A model generated the notes under the pieces. The model ran no database searches. It saw only the letters and a program-made list of their open reading frames with translations, and was not told the DNA's origin. This document shows, one piece after another, positions 8,788-18,797 of a stretch of DNA of 64,000 nt. Source of the DNA: Planctomycetota bacterium (GTDB lineage Bacteria > Planctomycetota > B15-G4); contig CBDFJQ010000002.1 of assembly GCA_965248575.1 (NCBI GenBank), forward strand, positions 3,232,001 through 3,296,000, read 5' to 3'. A program made the translations under genes and the position numbers. Numbering within the stretch: the stretch's first letter is position 1; each line of letters opens with the position of its first letter.

Positions 8788-9843
8788 ATGGTCGAGATCA
8801 TGAAGAGCCCGAATGCCATTGCAATACGTCAAGATCAGCGGAGGCGTGCCTCACTGCGCTCTGCTCGGCCATGGCTTGAGGCTTTCGGGGTCTTGTCGCT
8901 GCTGTTGACAGCAACGACCGCCTGCGGGCCGCGCGCCCCGGAGTATGAGTGCCTTCGCCGGCTGGTTCAGCGCAGCGATCTCGTGGCCAGGGTGGAGGTA
9001 GAATGGGTCCACCCGGAAGGCCGGAACATGCGCGTGCACATCCTCGAGGTGCTGCGTGGTGAGGCGCCGGAGGACGGGAAATGCAAGGTGATCGTGCCGA
9101 CCACTCAAAAGTCCGGCTGGCTAGACAGCCCAGTGAGCGCAAAACACATCCGCGAAGGTCGAGACCTTCTGCTGTTCTTGAAACGCCAGTCCAGCGGGCA
9201 ATATCTGGTCGTTTCTCCGCCGATCAGGGAGTTCTCGTCACCCGAAGAGAGGGATGCTCAAGCCAAGCATGCTCGGCAGCTGTGCACCGTGCTTGAGATC
9301 GAAGACCCGGCGCAACGCGATCTCGCGATGACCTCCTGGCTCGTGAACTTGCTGGAGGACCCCTTTACAGCCTGGGAGGGCGTCAAGGACCTCATGATGA
9401 CATCGTCGCAGCGGCGTTCAGGAGCCTACTGGATGCATCAGCGTGACCTTCTGGACAGGGACTACTTCGGTTTGATGGCAGACGAACAAATCGCGCGACT
9501 GGTGAACGTGCTGGGCGCACCGACACATTCGATTCACGAGCGCGGACGGCTAGCCCAGATCTTGCGCGATGTGAGAGACGAGCGCATCGATACCTGCCTC
9601 CGGGAACAGCTCCACGACATGGCCTTCGCGCGCAAGGGTGAGCCGGAGACGCACGCACACTTTCCAGAAATGGGGTTTCCGCAGAATCTCTATTGGGACG
9701 CAGAGGAGCATATGGAGGTTCTCGTCTACCGCACGGGAAACGCTGCCTGTATCGGCATTCTGGGTGACTACAAACGCCTGCCCTACGGCGATGAGCTCGG
9801 TCTGCCTCTCGTGAAGCAGTTCCTGGAAGCGCTTGATCACTGA
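8788..9843 (+). CDS. Hypothetical protein, probable lipoprotein
   Basis: 351-aa ORF with hydrophobic segment ending TTAC; beta-rich N-terminal then helical domain; no family recognised. Confidence 0.6.
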   Translation: MVEIMKSPNAIAIRQDQRRRASLRSARPWLEAFGVLSLLLTATTACGPRAPEYECLRRLVQRSDLVARVEVEWVHPEGRNMRVHILEVLRGEAPEDGKCKVIVPTTQKSGWLDSPVSAKHIREGRDLLLFLKRQSSGQYLVVSPPIREFSSPEERDAQAKHARQLCTVLEIEDPAQRDLAMTSWLVNLLEDPFTAWEGVKDLMMTSSQRRSGAYWMHQRDLLDRDYFGLMADEQIARLVNVLGAPTHSIHERGRLAQILRDVRDERIDTCLREQLHDMAFARKGEPETHAHFPEMGFPQNLYWDAEEHMEVLVYRTGNAACIGILGDYKRLPYGDELGLPLVKQFLEALDH

Positions 9844-10044
9844 GCCTGAATGGAGCGTTGATTCCTGAAGTCGCTCTCATCGGACAATCCCTGTTCGGGG
9901 TCCGCCCGCTCAAGGTCAGATCTCTTCGGCCAGCTCCGCCGACCCAGGTGGGCGCGAACGAGTCACCGAGATCGACACGAGTCACTAGACCCCCGCGCCC
10001 CGATCACCGCCGACACCCTCAAACGCGATCGGATCCACGCGCCC

Positions 10045-12754
10045 CTAGAGAGCCGCCAGCAGCTCCCGGATGCGCCCAACCTCAGCCGCCAACTCCTCCT
10101 TCCGCGCGCGTTCGCGAGCGACGATGTCCTCTGGTGCCCGGCTTACGAAGCTCTCGTTGGAGAGCTTGCCGGTGACCGCATCCAACTGCTTCTGGACCTT
10201 GGCCATGTTTCGCTCGAGGTCGGCCTTCTGAGCCTCCTTGTCCACCAGACCGTCCAGGTCCAACAGCACCTCGAAGGCTGCGGGAGAGTCGCCCGCGAGG
10301 TCGATGGCCGCGCCTGCAGGGCGCTCCGGGTTGGCTTCCGCCACCAGGCTCTCCAGGTTCGCTAGGCGGCGTACGAGGGCCTCGGCTTCAGCCAAGGGAG
10401 CACCCCGGCCGGCATCCAACACCACCACGGTCACCTTGGCCGGCTTGGACTCGGCCACTTCGTTCTGCTGCCGGAGCTTGCGCACCGAACTGACCACGAG
10501 TCGCCCGGCGTCCAAGGCCGCCTCAGCCTCGACATCCTTCGGGAGGCCGTCTGCGCTCGGGAAACTCGCGCCCGCCAACAACTCCGGCAAGGGCGCTTCA
10601 CTGGCCTCACGCAGGCGCGCCCACACGGCTTCAGTCACGAACGGCGCGATGGGGTGCAGCATGCCCAAGATGTCTGCGAGCACGCGGCCCAGGACGGCGG
10701 CGGCCACGGGATCGGCGGCCTCCCCTTCCAGGCGCGGCTTCACAGCCTCCACGTACCAGTCGCAGAAATCGTTCCAGACGAAGCGGTAAAGCGCGTTGGC
10801 AGCGTCGTTGAACTCGTAGCGTTCGAAGTGCCCGTCGACGGCCTCGACGGCGTGAGCGAGGCGCGAGAGGATCCAGCGATCCTCAAGGGTCGTCACCGCA
10901 GCCGCGTCAAAGACCGGCAAGCGCCCCGCCTTGCTCAACACGAAGCGCGACGCGTTCCAGAGCTTGTTCACGAAGTTCCGGCCCATCTCGAACTTCTCGG
11001 GGGCCAGCTTGGTGTCCTGCCCCTCCTTCGTGAGCATCACGAGCGAGAAGCGCACGGCGTCGGCGCCGTACTGGCCGATCATGTCGAGCGGGTCGATGCC
11101 GTTGCCGGCACTCTTGCTCATGCGCCGGCCTTGTCCATCCAGCACCGTGGCGTGGATGTAACAGGTGGTGAAGGGGCAGCGCTCGCCCTCCGGCCGCTCG
11201 TCCATGAAGGCGTAGCCGGCCATGACCATGCGAGCAACCCACAGGTAGATGATCTCGCTGGCGGTGGACAGGAACTGGGTCGGGTAGAAGCGTGCGAGAT
11301 CCTGGGTGTTGTCGGGCCAACCGAGGGTGGCCATGGGCCACAGCCAGGACGAGGCCCAGGTGTCGAGCACGTCGGGGTCCTGCCGCACGATGGGCTTGCC
11401 CGTCTCCGGGTGGGCGTGAACCCACTTCGAGGTCGGTCGTCGAGGCCACCGGCACACCGTCCTCGTCGTACCAGACGGGGATCCGGTGCCCCCACCAGAG
11501 CTGGCGCGAGATGCACCAGTCGCGCACGTTCTCCAGCCAGTCCAGGTAGACCTTTGACCAACGCGCCGGCTTGAACTTCAGCGTGCCGTCCTTCACGGCT
11601 TGGATGGCGGGCTGCGCCAGGGGCTCCATCTTCACGAACCACTGCTCGCTCACGATGGGCTCGATGGGGCTCTTGCTGCGATCGCTCACGGACACGTTGT
11701 GCTCGATGTCCTTCACTTCACCCAGCAGGCCCAGCGCGTCCATGGCCTTGACCACGGCCTTGCGGGCCTTCTCGCGCGGCATGCCTGCGAAGTCGCCGGC
11801 GGCCTCGGACAGCGAGCCGTCCTTGCCCATGATGTTCACGATGGGCAGGTTGTGGCGCTTGCCACGCTCGTAGTCGGCGGCGTCGTGGCCGGGGGTCACC
11901 TTCACGGCGCCCGTGCCGTAGCTCGCGTCCACCGACTCGTCCGCCACGATGGGGATGCTGCGATCCATGAGCGGCAGGCGCACGGTCTTGCCCACGAGAT
12001 CCTTGTAGCGCTCGTCGTCGGGATGCACCGCCACGCCCGTGTCGCCCAGCATGGTCTCAGGGCGCGTGGTGGACATGCACAGGAAGCGACCCTCTTCACC
12101 CTCCACCGGGTACTTGAGCTCCCAGAGCTTGCCCGCCTTGGTGACGTACTCGATCTCGTCGTCGGAGACCGCGGTCTGCAACACGCAATCCCAATTGACG
12201 AGCCGCGCGCCGCGATACACGAGGCCGTCTTTCCACAGGCGCACGAAAGCGACGCGCACCGCACGGGAAAGGTTGGGGTCCAAGGTGAACGCCGTGCGCG
12301 ACCAATCGCAACTCGTTCCCAAGCGCTTGAACTGGTCCAGGATCGTGCTGCCGTGCTGTTCCTTCCAGTCCCAGATCTCCTTCAGGAAAGCCTCGCGACC
12401 CATGTCCTCGCGGGTGAGTTTGCGCTCGGCGAAGATCTTCTTCTCCACCACGGCCTGGGTGGCGATGCCCGCGTGGTCCGTGCCCGGCACCCACAGCGTG
12501 TCGAAGCCCGACATGCGGCGATGCCGCGCCACGATGTCCTGCAAGGTGCCGTTCAGCGCGTGGCCCATGTGCAGCACGCCGGTCACATTGGGCGGCGGGA
12601 TCATGATGGTGTAGGTGGGGCGATTGCTGTCGGCAGGCGGCGTGAAGAGGCCGCTGGCATCCCAGCGCGCGCGCATCGCATCCTCGACGGTTCCCGGCTC
12701 GTAGCGGGAGGCCATCTCCCCTTCAGGGGCGGTGGGGGCGTCGGCGGTGCTCAT
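10045..12754 (-). CDS. valS: Valyl-tRNA synthetase, interrupted by a +1 frameshift near 11415-11425
   Basis: PPPNVTGVLHMGH, DWCISRQLWWGHRIPVW in one frame; QDPDVLDTW, RMSKS, GADAVRF and coiled-coil tail in the next; total length is 3n+1. Confidence 0.93.
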
Positions 12755-12764
12755 CTCGGTTTCC

Positions 12765-14045
12765 TCAGGCATCGGGCAAGTGTGCAGCGGCGGATGGTGC
12801 GGTGGTTGCGTCTTGGAAGTGAGCACGGGAGCCCGAGAGGGATACCCCCGCGGGAGCCGGCTTGAGCAGGAGCTCCAGCAGGCCGTGCCCTGGATCCACG
12901 ACGAGATCCCCCGTGGCAGCGTGGGCCTCGGTGTACCGCACGTCGCGATGGGACGACACCCCTGGGCCCCAGAGAGCGAAGGGTACGAGGGGGTCCAGAT
13001 CGTCGCTGCCCACGAGGGAGGACGTCATGTGGTCGGTGGTCACGAGCAGCCGCAGGTCCAGCCGGCGGCGGGCCTCTGCCAGGAACGGTGCCACCAGGCG
13101 CCGGTCGATGTCCTCAAGCACCCGTTGCTTCAGGCGCACGTCGGTCTGGTGGCACGCCTCGTTGGCGGCGGCCACGTGCACGAGCACCACGTCGTGGGTT
13201 TCCAAGAGCTGCAGGGCAGCCTCCACCTTGGCCTCGTAGAGAGTCTCGGGGTCGCCCGTGGCGCCCTCCACATCCGGCACCGTGGCTCCCACCGCCAGGC
13301 CGAGGCCCCGCACGAGAGGCACCGCGGCCACCAGCCCCAGGCGATGCCCGGTCTTCAGCTCGAAGGGTTCGATCACCGGCGGACCGCCGCCGCCCCAGAG
13401 CCAGATGCGGTCCGCGGCGTTCTCCCCCAGGTCGAGGCGCACCCGGTTCACGTCGTGATGGCCGAGCAGCCGCGCGGCCTCCTCCATCATCTGCGCGAGG
13501 AAACCTCCGTCCGGACCGCTGGGCAGGTGTTCACCCACGGGCAGACCCTGGGCGCGCGCCGGCGGAACCGTCTCGGCGTCCAGGGCGCCGCGGCCGTGCA
13601 CCACCATCAGGTTCCGGTAGCCCAGGCCGGCGTGGAAACTCACGTGCTCACTGCCCAGCTCCTCCTGCAGCGACTGCACCAGGACCCGCGCCTCCTCAGT
13701 GCTGATGGGGCCCGCCTGGAAGTCCACCAAGTGCTCCCGGAAGGTGGACGCGAAGTTCATGCGCAGGGCGTAGTCGTCGGCCTCCAGCGCGACCCCCATG
13801 CCCAGCGCCTCCAGCCCCGCCCGGCTGACCGTTTCGCGCCGGGGGTCGTAGCCCAGGAGCGACACGAGGGCCGCGTCGCTGGAGATGGGCAGCTCGGCAG
13901 GAACCGGCCGCACGCGCCCCAAGCGGCCTTCCCGCGCCACGGCATCCATCTGCGGCGTCTCGGCCGCTTCCAGGGGCGTGCGCCCCTCAAGGGCGGGGTT
14001 GGGGCGATCCGAAAGCCCGGTGGGGACGAGAATGAGGGCCTTCAT
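12765..14045 (-). CDS. ApgM-like (cofactor-independent phosphoglycerate mutase family) protein with degenerate metal ligands
   Basis: GRTPLEAAETPQMD, SLLGYDP, IWLWGGG, VEGATG, TTDH; several canonical Asp/His ligands replaced. Confidence 0.8.
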   Translation of the reverse strand: MKALILVPTGLSDRPNPALEGRTPLEAAETPQMDAVAREGRLGRVRPVPAELPISSDAALVSLLGYDPRRETVSRAGLEALGMGVALEADDYALRMNFASTFREHLVDFQAGPISTEEARVLVQSLQEELGSEHVSFHAGLGYRNLMVVHGRGALDAETVPPARAQGLPVGEHLPSGPDGGFLAQMMEEAARLLGHHDVNRVRLDLGENAADRIWLWGGGGPPVIEPFELKTGHRLGLVAAVPLVRGLGLAVGATVPDVEGATGDPETLYEAKVEAALQLLETHDVVLVHVAAANEACHQTDVRLKQRVLEDIDRRLVAPFLAEARRRLDLRLLVTTDHMTSSLVGSDDLDPLVPFALWGPGVSSHRDVRYTEAHAATGDLVVDPGHGLLELLLKPAPAGVSLSGSRAHFQDATTAPSAAAHLPDA

Positions 14046-14220
14046 GGGCAGCGCTGCCTGCGTCGAACGGGGTCACCGGCCCGGATGCACGGCGAAGCCT
14101 GTGCCGTGTGCACGAAACCGTCCGCGCGAGCCGCCGGCCATTCTCGGCTCAGCGAAGCCCGCATGAAAGGGCGCATCGAGAAGTCTGCGCACCCAAGGAC
14201 TGCCTCGGGGACGGGCTTCC

Positions 14221-14985
14221 TTAGCTGTTCGGGACGGAAACCTCGCCGTCGACGCCCGAGTAGCTGATGCTCCCGCTGCCATCGTGATGCACGGCGAACG
14301 CGCCCCGGACCTCGTGCACGGAGATGCTGCCCGAGCCGTCGTCCTTCACGGTCACGTCCCCGGCGACGGAGCCGATGCTCATGCTGCCGGAGCCATCGGT
14401 CTCCACGATCACGGAACCGTCCACGTGCTCGATGTCCATGCTACCCGAACCGTCCGTGAGCCAGACGTCGCCCGCCACCTCATGGATGTCGATGCTGCCC
14501 GAGCCGTCCACCACGCGCACGTTGCCGGCGATCTGCGACAGGCTCATGGAGCCCGAGCCGTCCGTGACATCCACACCGGCCACGCCCGAGATGCTCAGAC
14601 TTCCCGAGCCATCCAGCACGGTGACGTGCAGGCCTTCAGGCAGCTCGATCACGATGTCGATGCCGTTGTTGCCGTTCAGGTCGTCGGGCACCACGGCGGC
14701 GATGTGCAGGACGTCACCCCGCTGCTCCACCAGGATCTCGAGCTGGGCCAGGTTCTCCTTGTGGGAGGTCATGGCATCGCCGCTCACCTGAGCCGCGGTA
14801 CTGCCCGGCACCATCTCGATGTTCAGGCTGCCGGCCTTGCCCTCCACGTGGACCCGGCCGATGCCAACGACCGATGAGGATTGAGCCTCAAGCTGCTCGG
14901 AGTAGGCGTAGCCCCAGTTCATGTGGGCACAGCCGGCCAGCAGGACGGCGCACAGGGTCGCCAGTGTGATGAGGTGCTTGGGCAT
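14221..14985 (-). CDS. Lipoprotein with DGSGS beta-strand repeats (DUF4097/adhesin-like)
   Basis: LLAGC lipobox; seven DGSGS repeats spaced about 18-20 aa. Confidence 0.8.
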   Translation of the reverse strand: MPKHLITLATLCAVLLAGCAHMNWGYAYSEQLEAQSSSVVGIGRVHVEGKAGSLNIEMVPGSTAAQVSGDAMTSHKENLAQLEILVEQRGDVLHIAAVVPDDLNGNNGIDIVIELPEGLHVTVLDGSGSLSISGVAGVDVTDGSGSMSLSQIAGNVRVVDGSGSIDIHEVAGDVWLTDGSGSMDIEHVDGSVIVETDGSGSMSIGSVAGDVTVKDDGSGSISVHEVRGAFAVHHDGSGSISYSGVDGEVSVPNS

Positions 14986-15175
14986 GGGTCTCGCTCCTTC
15001 GCGGGGTCGACGTCTTGGACGTGGCTGGCCATTGTTCCCGAGCGACGGCGCTACGGCGAGCCCCTAAGGAGGCGCGAGGCCCCAGAGCCACTGCTGGGCC
15101 ATGCCTGCGCCTGGGGCTTCGAGGGCGCTTCTTGGGCCCGCTTGAGCCCGGGAGATGCCCTTTCTCGCGTTCCGC

Positions 15176-15943
15176 CTACGAAGCGTCGCGTAGCTCCAGC
15201 TGCAGGCCCTGAGGGTCGTGGAAACGCAGGAAACGGCCGTCGTCGCCCACCCAAAGCGCCACCGTGTGCTGTTCGCCCTCTTTGCCGGCCACGTACTCGA
15301 AGCGCCAGGCCATGACCCGGCGCCCAGCCAAGATCAGCTCCTCACGACCGGAACAGCGCACCGCTCGCCCCTTGTCCACGCGCGGCCTGGCGCCGAGCGA
15401 GAGCAGCGAGAGACGCGTCTCCGTGCCCACCTCGCGCGGCAGCAAGCCCACCAAGCGCATGAGCCCCTGGCGGATGGCGAACTGATCCGGGACCTTCATA
15501 TCGACAGTGGCCTCGAAGGTGTGGCCCACGGCGCGTCCGCCTTGCACCTCGATCCGCGACCAGGTCGGCGTGTCCTCACGCACCGGCGCCTGGGCTTCGA
15601 TGAGTACCGGCGTCAGGTGTGGGTCCAGGAGGCAACGGGCAGAGTAGGCGTAGTCCACCGAAGCCGCTTCGCCCGTGGGGTCGTCCACCCGGGCGGCGTC
15701 CTCCAGCTGCACAAAGAGCTCGCCCTCGTGCATCACCAGGCTCTGGCGCAGGGTCATGCGCCCCACGGCGCGGCCTTTGTCGAGCACGTTGTAGGTGCTC
15801 ACCGGCCACTCCTGCACCAGGGCAGCGACCCGCTCCACCCAACCGGCGTCGGGCAGCAATCGGGGAGGGCTCGAGCAAGACGCTGCCAGGCCCAAGAGGC
15901 CCAGAAGGCCAGACAGGCCCATCGCCAAGACGAGTTGTCGCAT
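15176..15943 (-). CDS. Hypothetical lipoprotein
   Basis: MRQLVLAM...LAASC lipobox; beta-rich body; ATG at 15943 (the longer ORF overlaps kdsA antisense). Confidence 0.65.
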   Translation of the reverse strand: MRQLVLAMGLSGLLGLLGLAASCSSPPRLLPDAGWVERVAALVQEWPVSTYNVLDKGRAVGRMTLRQSLVMHEGELFVQLEDAARVDDPTGEAASVDYAYSARCLLDPHLTPVLIEAQAPVREDTPTWSRIEVQGGRAVGHTFEATVDMKVPDQFAIRQGLMRLVGLLPREVGTETRLSLLSLGARPRVDKGRAVRCSGREELILAGRRVMAWRFEYVAGKEGEQHTVALWVGDDGRFLRFHDPQGLQLELRDAS

Positions 15944-16069
15944 GCCCGATCTCCCGTGAATGGGTTGCTGCCAAGCGACTGCTAGGATACCGACCGGCTC
16001 GGGCAGCCTGCGCTTCCTTCTCATGCTGCCCGAAGCTCGCCCTTTTCTTGCAGACCGGAACTGACACCC

Positions 16070-16882
16070 ATGCGCATTGGCTCCCTCGAGTTCGTCTCCG
16101 GCGGCCCCTTGCTGTTGATGGCTGGGCCCTGCGTCATCGAAGACGACCGCGCACCCTTCGAGATCGCCCGCCAACTCAAGGAGATGACGGCCGAGTTGGG
16201 CATGCCCTTTGTGTTCAAGGCCAGCTACGACAAAGCCAACCGCACGTCTGTGAACGCCTTCCGTGGCCCTGGGGTCGAAGAAGGCCTGGCCCTGCTGGGC
16301 GCCCTGCGCGAAGAGGTGGGCGTGCCGGTCATGACCGATGTGCACGAGCCCGAGCACTGCGCCATGGCCGTGGGCAAGGTGGACCTGATCCAGATACCCG
16401 CCTTCCTCTGCCGGCAAACCGATCTGTTGGTGGCCGCCGGACAGTCCGGCCTCGCCGTGAACATCAAGAAGGGTCAGTTCCTGGCGCCCTGGGACATGGA
16501 GCACTGCCTCGGCAAGGTGCGCAGCACGGGCAACGAGAATGTCTGCCTCACCGACCGCGGCTACAGCTTCGGCTACAACGCCCTGGTGAGCGACATGCGC
16601 GCCATCCCCCAGATGCAGGCCCTGGGTGCCCCGGTGATCTTCGACGCGACGCACAGCGTGCAGCAGCCCGGAGGTGCCGGCGGTTCGACCTCAGGCGACC
16701 GGAAGATGGCCCCCGTGCTGGCGCGAGCCGCCGTCGCGGCCGGAGCCGACGGTGTCTTCGCCGAGACGCACCCCGACCCGGACAACGCCAAGTCGGACGG
16801 GCCCAACATGATCCCGCTGGCCGAACTGGCGGGTGTGTTGAAGACGTTGCAGCGCGTGCAGGCGGCGGTGCGGGAAGACTGA
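16070..16882 (+). CDS. kdsA: KDO-8-phosphate synthase
   Basis: AGPCVIE, KASYDKANRTS, QIPAFLCRQTDL, KKGQFLAP, DATHSVQ, ETHPDP, SDGPN. Confidence 0.95.
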   Translation: MRIGSLEFVSGGPLLLMAGPCVIEDDRAPFEIARQLKEMTAELGMPFVFKASYDKANRTSVNAFRGPGVEEGLALLGALREEVGVPVMTDVHEPEHCAMAVGKVDLIQIPAFLCRQTDLLVAAGQSGLAVNIKKGQFLAPWDMEHCLGKVRSTGNENVCLTDRGYSFGYNALVSDMRAIPQMQALGAPVIFDATHSVQQPGGAGGSTSGDRKMAPVLARAAVAAGADGVFAETHPDPDNAKSDGPNMIPLAELAGVLKTLQRVQAAVRED

Positions 16883-16913
16883 GCGCCGCCGGGACACGCG
16901 GGCTTCGGCTCGC

Positions 16914-17270
16914 TCAGAGCGCCGACGTCACCGCCTCCTCCACCAAGGCCAACGCATGCCGATGCAGAGCCCCCGGCTCGCCATAACGTTCGACGAAGCG
17001 CTGCCGTAGCTCCGCTGCCAACCCCGGCCCCCAGGCCAGGCCAGGCAGCAGCTCCGTGGCCGCCGAGCCCATGCCCATCACCGCGGGGCAGCCCGTGGCC
17101 TTGAAGCCCGCGGCGGCCACCTGGCCCGCCTCCTGCCGCAGGTAGAGCACCAGAAAGTCGCGACAGGCGGCATTGCGCGCCTCGCCCTTGGCGGATGGGC
17201 CTCCGTCCGGCGGCCCCACGTTGCGGGGCTCCCGGAGGTGCTGGAGGAGATCTTCTGGCAGCCGGCTCAT
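16914..17270 (-). CDS. NifU/IscU N-terminal-like scaffold protein
   Basis: H...PRNVG, NAACRD, FKATGCPA; the third Cys is not apparent. Confidence 0.7.
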   Translation of the reverse strand: MSRLPEDLLQHLREPRNVGPPDGGPSAKGEARNAACRDFLVLYLRQEAGQVAAAGFKATGCPAVMGMGSAATELLPGLAWGPGLAAELRQRFVERYGEPGALHRHALALVEEAVTSAL

Positions 17271-17395
17271 CTCTCCATGCTAACCACCGGCGCCCACCCT
17301 CTTTGCCCTCAGGCTCGGGTCGCCTATGATCCGAAGTTCGACTGACCGCCATGCGAGCCTCTCGCCCGGCCCCTAGACCGTCCCGGACCCACCCC

Positions 17396-17875
17396 ATGGC
17401 CTTCTTCATCATCGAAGAGAAGTGTGTCGGCTGCACCCTGTGTGCCAAGGAGTGCCCGATCTCCATCATCGAGGGAGAGACGAAGCAGGCCTTCCGTATC
17501 TTCGCGCCGGAAGAGTGCATCGAGTGCTCGCTCTGCGCGTGGGTCTGCCCGGCAGAGGCCATCGAGAACCCCTTCGGTGTGATCCCGCCCAAGCTCAAGA
17601 TCAACGAGCGCCCGGTGGCCTGGATCGACGAGGAAGGTTGCACGGGTTGTGAAGTCTGCATGGAGAGCTGCCCCGTGGACGCCATCGACAAGGTGTCCTC
17701 CATGGAGCCCAGCGACACCTCGCCCACGAAGGTCTGCCGCGTGGACTACGACACCTGCGTGTCGTGCTCGCTGTGCGCCGTGCTCTGCCCGTGGGAGACC
17801 ATCTCCATGGCGCTGGACCGCGGCGAGGCCAAGGAGTTGGCCGGCATGCAGGGCACGCTGCCACTCCCGATCTGA
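17396..17875 (+). CDS. Polyferredoxin (four CxxCxxCxxxCP [4Fe-4S] motifs)
   Basis: CVGCTLCAKECP, CIECSLCAWVCP, CTGCEVCMESCP, CVSCSLCAVLCP. Confidence 0.9.
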   Translation: MAFFIIEEKCVGCTLCAKECPISIIEGETKQAFRIFAPEECIECSLCAWVCPAEAIENPFGVIPPKLKINERPVAWIDEEGCTGCEVCMESCPVDAIDKVSSMEPSDTSPTKVCRVDYDTCVSCSLCAVLCPWETISMALDRGEAKELAGMQGTLPLPI

Positions 17876-17894
17876 GGGCTGCCCGCGAGCGCGC

Positions 17895-18794
17895 TCAGCC
17901 TTGGGCCGAATCCCCTCGGTTCCGAACCTCGCCTTCCGGCTCTTCCAGGAAGCGCCAGATCTCGTCGCGCGTCATGACGGTCTCAAGGGTCGGCCAGGCC
18001 GGATCTTCGAAGCCTCGCCCCAAGGCCAGGACGCTGGGGAGAAACACCCACTCCCCTCGCGTGCAGGGTGCCACGAGCCGGGCAGCTTGAGGCGCGTGGA
18101 CTGCCGTGCTCGAAAGACCCTCCACGGTGCAACGGAGTGGGTGGCTGCCCGCAGTGACAGCGCCGTCGCTCACAGCCACAGGCCAGAGGGCCGGAGCTTC
18201 GGCGACCTCTCCCTCGCCTTCAGGCGGCAGGGGCCAGGCCAAGGGTGCATCCAGAGCGAGCTCCGGCGGGCCGCGCAAGACCGGTGACAGGAGCCCACCG
18301 CAGCCCATTAACTCGCAGGAGGCCAACGACTGCGCTGCGCCGGACGCGTCGGGCAGCTCGCGCTCCAGGAAGCTGGCCATGCGAGCGATGTTCCGGGCGT
18401 CGTCGGCGTCGTACGGCTCCAGCACCGCAACAGGCTGGCTCAACGCATCCTTGAGAAAGCCGTCGTCCTTGACCCGCCCCGACGCCACCAAGCGTGAGTC
18501 AGGGAAACCCGCCGCATGCGCCCGTTCCAACTCGAGACTCGAGTGGCATCGCGCCCACCAACCCGCCGACGCGAGCATGCTCAATACCGTGGCCGGCGCG
18601 ACGCGTCCCACAGACACGGTACGGGGCCCGTCGCAAGCCTCGATGCGCTCGCTCAGGGCGCCGTGCGAGAGCAACCACACGGCGTGCCCTTCGAGGCCCA
18701 GCGTCATCTCACCCAGATCGACCCCGTCCACGCTCAGGCGGCCGTCACTCAGGACGCATGGCTGAGGCGAGGGTTCGCCCGGTGTGGGCGGCAC
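17895..18794 (-). CDS. Degenerate diaminopimelate-decarboxylase (LysA/ODC fold type III)-like protein
   Basis: DGRLSVDGVDL, SSLELERAHAAGFPDSRLVASGRVK align by eye with LysA; PLP Lys and CES Cys absent. Confidence 0.65.
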   Translation of the reverse strand: MPPTPGEPSPQPCVLSDGRLSVDGVDLGEMTLGLEGHAVWLLSHGALSERIEACDGPRTVSVGRVAPATVLSMLASAGWWARCHSSLELERAHAAGFPDSRLVASGRVKDDGFLKDALSQPVAVLEPYDADDARNIARMASFLERELPDASGAAQSLASCELMGCGGLLSPVLRGPPELALDAPLAWPLPPEGEGEVAEAPALWPVAVSDGAVTAGSHPLRCTVEGLSSTAVHAPQAARLVAPCTRGEWVFLPSVLALGRGFEDPAWPTLETVMTRDEIWRFLEEPEGEVRNRGDSAQG

Positions 18795-18797
18795 TGG

